In this document: piece by piece, positions 60,555 to 64,000 of the stretch
Numbering within the stretch: position 1 is the stretch's first letter
Layout of the letters: each line of letters opens with the position of its first letter
From: Fimbriimonadales bacterium
GTDB taxonomy: Bacteria; Armatimonadota; Fimbriimonadia; Fimbriimonadales; JABRVX01
Assembly: GCA_045862955.1 (NCBI GenBank)
Contig: BTVI01000004.1
Span: 43,770-107,769, forward strand
DNA: 64,000 nt
Direction of reading: 5' to 3'
Made by a program: the position numbers and the translations under genes
Notes under the pieces: generated by a model
What the model saw: the letters and a program-made list of their open reading frames with translations, nothing else
Database searches by the model: none
Told to the model about the DNA's origin: nothing

Positions 60555-62746
60555 ACGACGAGGTGTCTGGTGTGGGGATGGGATGAGCTGCTGCTATAGG
60601 TCGGGACCAACGGAGTGGTTTCGGTGCGGCATGTGTGGGGAGCCGGTGGGTGCCATGGGTGCCGGGAGACGAGGTTCTCTCGCATGGTGTCGGAGCATGG
60701 CAGAGGTGTGCCTTCCCTTCCTCTCCCTTCCCAAGGGAGAGGATTGAGGTGAGGGTTTCCGTGGTGCCCCCGCCGAGGGCCCTCGTTCTTGGGAGGCGGC
60801 AGGTGGTAGCAGTCGAACCCTCATCCCAGCCTTCTCCCTTGGGAAGGGAGAAGGAGGTTGGTAATTCCTGCCTCATCCGGCTGGCGTTGCGTGAGGGGTT
60901 AGGGCATGGCAGGGGTGAGCATTCCCTTCCTCTCCCTTCGCAAGGGAGAGGATTGAGGTGAGGGTTTCCGTGGTGCCTCCGCCGAGAGGGCCCGTTGCTG
61001 GTAGGTGGCAGTGTTTGCAGTCGAACCCTCATCCCAGCCTTCTCCCTTGGGAAGGGAGAAGGAGGTGGTTAGTTCCTGCCTCATCCGGCTGGCGCTGCGG
61101 GATGGGTTAGGACATGGCAGAGGTGTGCATTCCCTTCCTCTCCCTTCGCAAGGGAGAGGATTGAGGTGAGGGTTTCCTGGGTGCCTCCGCCCAGAGGCCC
61201 CGTTGCTGGTAGGTGGCAGGTGGTAGCAGTCGAACCCTCATCCCAGCCTTCTCCCTTGGGAAGGGAGAAGGAGGTAGGTAGTTCCTGCCTCATCCGGCTG
61301 GCCGTGCGTGACAGGCTGGCTTCCTCTTCCCCCCTCCCCTTTTTCAAGGGGGAGGGCCTGCGAAGCTGGGGTGGGGGCTGGCGAGCGCACAGTCCCCGAA
61401 CACTTCGCTCGGGGAGAGGCGACCCCCTTCCCAACCTTCCCCCTGACCAGGGGGAAGGGGTAATATGCTGTCGGCTCTGCGCGATGGCTTGAGGCATGGC
61501 AGGGGTGAGCATTCCCTTCCTCTCCCTTCTCAAGGGAGAGGATTGAGGTGAGGGTTTCCGGGGTGCCCCCGCCGAAAAGCCAAGTTCCTGGGAGGTGGCA
61601 GGGGGTAGCAGTCGAACCCTCATCCCAGCCTTCTCCCTTGGGAAGGGAGAAGGAGGGCGGTAGTTCCTGCCTCATCCGGCTGGCGTTGCGTGGTGGGTTG
61701 GCTTCTTCTACCCCCTCCCCTTTCTCAAGGGGGACGGCCTGCGAAGCTGGGCTGGGGGTTGCAGAGCGCACAGTCCCCGAACACTTCGTTGGGAGAGAGA
61801 CGACCCCCTTCCCAACCTTCCCCCTGGCCAGGGGGAAGGGGTAAGATGCTGTCGACCCTGCGGGATGGGTTGGGGCATGTGAGAGGGTTGATGAACAGGT
61901 CGAAGGTGATCACCGACAGGTATGTGTTCGACGCGGATGGGAGCGACATGGCGCCGGGCCTGCACAACACGACTGAGGGCAACTCCCTGCGCCTCCGCTG
62001 GAACGGCTCCTACGGCTACCGGACGCTCTACTTCCTAACAGGCCAACAAACCACTAACACCGCCACACTGATGCACGTCGGTGCCCGCCACTACTCCCCC
62101 TCCCTCCGTAGATGGCTCCAACGGGATCCGATTGACATCGCGGCCGGAGACCCCAACCTATACGTCTACTGCGGCAATTGCCCAGTTGGCCTTGCAGATC
62201 CCCAAGGGCTAGACGGCTTCGAGTTCACGTGGGAGGGCGTCAAGGAGGGTGTGAAGACCGGCCTGTGTGCTGTCGGGGAAGCCTTCACATTCGGCTTGTG
62301 GAGGAACGAGGACTATGCAAACAAGCCCGGGTATGGCACGTCCGTGGCACTTGCCACTGTAGGCAGGGAAGCACTTGTTACCGCGGGAGCCGCTGGGGCG
62401 AGCAAGGTCATTACCGCGGCGCGCGCTGCGAGATCGGCACGGGCCGCAGCAGCAACCGCCTCCGCAAGCACGAGTCGCACCGCACCAATCGTGCGGGGCG
62501 GGATCGAGTTCTCCAAACACGCCGCAGAGCGGATGGCCGAGCATGGCGTGACATCGAGAATGGTAGAGACAGCGATTCTGGGATCCGAAGAACAAGACAG
62601 TCACGTACATCCTGCGAGAAGCATTCCCACGAAGTGGAGGCAGGTCGAAGGACCTACTGGTCGCGACGTCGCCGGGCTGCAAGCGCGTAGTTACGGTCAT
62701 CGTCGGAAGGGACCTGGTGAGTAAGAGGTTCGTCCCAATCAAATGA
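60555..62746 (+). pseudogene. Orphan RHS cassette with DUF4258-like tip (copy 4), six palindromic inserts and a frameshifting deletion
   Basis: PVGLADPQGL; loss of about 17 nt near 62572, after which the shifted frame reads FWDPKNKTVTYIL...VVTVIVG...FVPIK*. Confidence 0.8.
60696..61852. repeat. Tandem array of REPIN-like elements (types 1,1,1,2,1,2) separated by RHS-derived linkers
   Basis: 208-209-bp period for type 1; linkers ccggctggcgttgcgtgaggggttagggcatg. Confidence 0.9.
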
Positions 62747-62967
62747 AGAAGATCAGTCTACTGTCGCTGGTCAAGGAGATCTCGGCTCGTCCCGATTACG
62801 AGCGCGGAACCCCTGTGTACTTCGTCACGCGGCACGAGAGCCGTCGAGGCCTGCCTACTGCGGACGAGGACGTGCCGCAGGAGTGCGCGAATGGGATGGA
62901 GATTGTGTTCGCGCTCGACCGCCACCGGCGCGTGCTCGGGATGGAAGTCTATCCTATCATTTGGTGA
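62743..62967 (+). CDS. DUF2283-like immunity/antitoxin 6
   Basis: ATGA overlap; PDYERGTPVYF, CANG, RVLGMEV. Confidence 0.78.
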   Translation: MKKISLLSLVKEISARPDYERGTPVYFVTRHESRRGLPTADEDVPQECANGMEIVFALDRHRRVLGMEVYPIIW

Positions 62968-63130
62968 GGGCGACGCGTGGGAAGGGAAGCACTTGCACCA
63001 GACTCGGTTTCTGCTCGCGGATTGCTGTGAGTTTGGTGCGCAAATGTGGGACTGTTTGCAGGTCCGATTGCATGGTGATTCCGGCTGCCTGGAAATAACT
63101 GCCAGTAGACCGTTCTGAGGTGAATCTTGT

Positions 63131-63412
63131 ATGTACGTCAACTTGCTGACTGTCATCCAAGAGGTCTGGGCGCGAGGAGGCTGCCGGCGAGGCACTCCCG
63201 TGTACCTCGACACACGCCCAGAAGGAGCAGAACCGCCGCCCCAAGCTTTCAGGAAAGTGGAGTACGAGTGCGAGAACGGGATGAAGCTGGTGGTTGACTA
63301 CGATGAGCAGGGACGCATCCTGGGGATGGAGGTGTGGCCTATCGTCGAGTCCGAGCAACCGGACACGAGTTGTGAGCCCCGTCCTCCAGCCCCGCCTAAG
63401 GGCGAAGGCTGA
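63131..63412 (+). CDS. DUF2283-like immunity/antitoxin 7 (chimeric orphan)
   Basis: GAGG RBS; 3' half near-identical to 60233-60514. Confidence 0.75.
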   Translation: MYVNLLTVIQEVWARGGCRRGTPVYLDTRPEGAEPPPQAFRKVEYECENGMKLVVDYDEQGRILGMEVWPIVESEQPDTSCEPRPPAPPKGEG

Positions 63413-63454
63413 CCCCCAGTGCTCATCCTCCAGGCGGGCACCGGTTGCGGCAAC

Positions 63455-64000
63455 GACGAGGTATCTGGTGTGGGAGGGCGATGAGCTGCTGCTGGAGGTC
63501 GGGACCAACGGAGCGGTAGCCGTGCGGCATGTTCGGGGAGCCGGTGGGTACCAGGGGTACTTCCGGAACGAGGGCAGCACCCCTACCCGGCTGGCTCTCC
63601 GGGATGGACTGGGACATGGCAAAGGTGTACCTTCCCTTCCTCTCCCTTCTCAAGGGAGAGGATTGAGGTGAGGGTTTCCACGGTGCCCCCGCCGAAAAGC
63701 CAAGTTCCTGGGAGGTGGCAGGGGGTAGCAGTCGAACCCTGATCCCAGCCTTCTCCCTTGGGAAGGGAGAAGGAGGTTGGTAACTCCTGCCTCATCCGGC
63801 TACCCTTGCGTGAGGGGTTGGGGCATGGCAGAGGTGTGCATTCCCTTCCTCTCCCTTCTCAAGGGAGAGGATTGAGGTGAGGGTTTCCGTGGTGTCCCCG
63901 GCGAGAGGCCCCGTTGCTGGTAGGTGGCAGGTGGTAGCAGTCGAACCCTCATCCCAGCCTTCTCCCTTGGGAAGGGAGAAGGAGGTTGTTAGTTCCTGCC
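63455..64000 (+). pseudogene. Start of a further RHS cassette interrupted by two type-1 elements (runs off the window)
   Basis: TRYLVWEGDELLLEV...RLALRDGLGH then elements at about 63615 and 63824. Confidence 0.75.

Noticed and set aside
60400..61771. ORFs over the repeat array
   Set aside because: Translations of palindromic repeats with inconsistent frames between copies
60696..61852. CRISPR array or DGR variable region
   Set aside because: Variable central segments are all homologous, changes are not adenine-specific, and no reverse transcriptase or cas gene is present

Overview
High-GC bacterial chromosome. PEP-CTERM proteins, a DUF1559/H-X9-DG pseudopilin and dockerin-like tails suggest an Armatimonadota/PVC-like lineage (inference). 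Positions 1-43 kb are mostly housekeeping: aroF-tyrA-aroA-cmk-plsC, fatty-acid degradation genes with etfBA, folP, a membrane pyrophosphatase, sucD, marR-cysteine desulfurase, a divergent sigma70, mnmG, glycerate kinase and rho. This part also has a single-polypeptide Type IIG-like restriction-modification enzyme with an in-frame palindromic insert, two REP/satellite clusters, and a candidate metal-scavenging operon (RGPP arrest-peptide leader, two paralogous His-motif surface proteins with different anchors, and a pseudopilin). From 43.4 kb to the end is a polymorphic toxin locus: one full-length, signal-peptide-bearing RHS gene followed by at least nine orphan or partial cassettes. Tip classes are permuted papain-like, HExxH peptidase, lipase, CHAP-like, and four DUF4258-like RNase tips accompanied by seven DUF2283-like antitoxins. 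The later cassettes are interrupted by palindromic elements that sit repeatedly at the same RLALRDGLGH codons of the RHS core. All family assignments come from motif recognition, not database searches.
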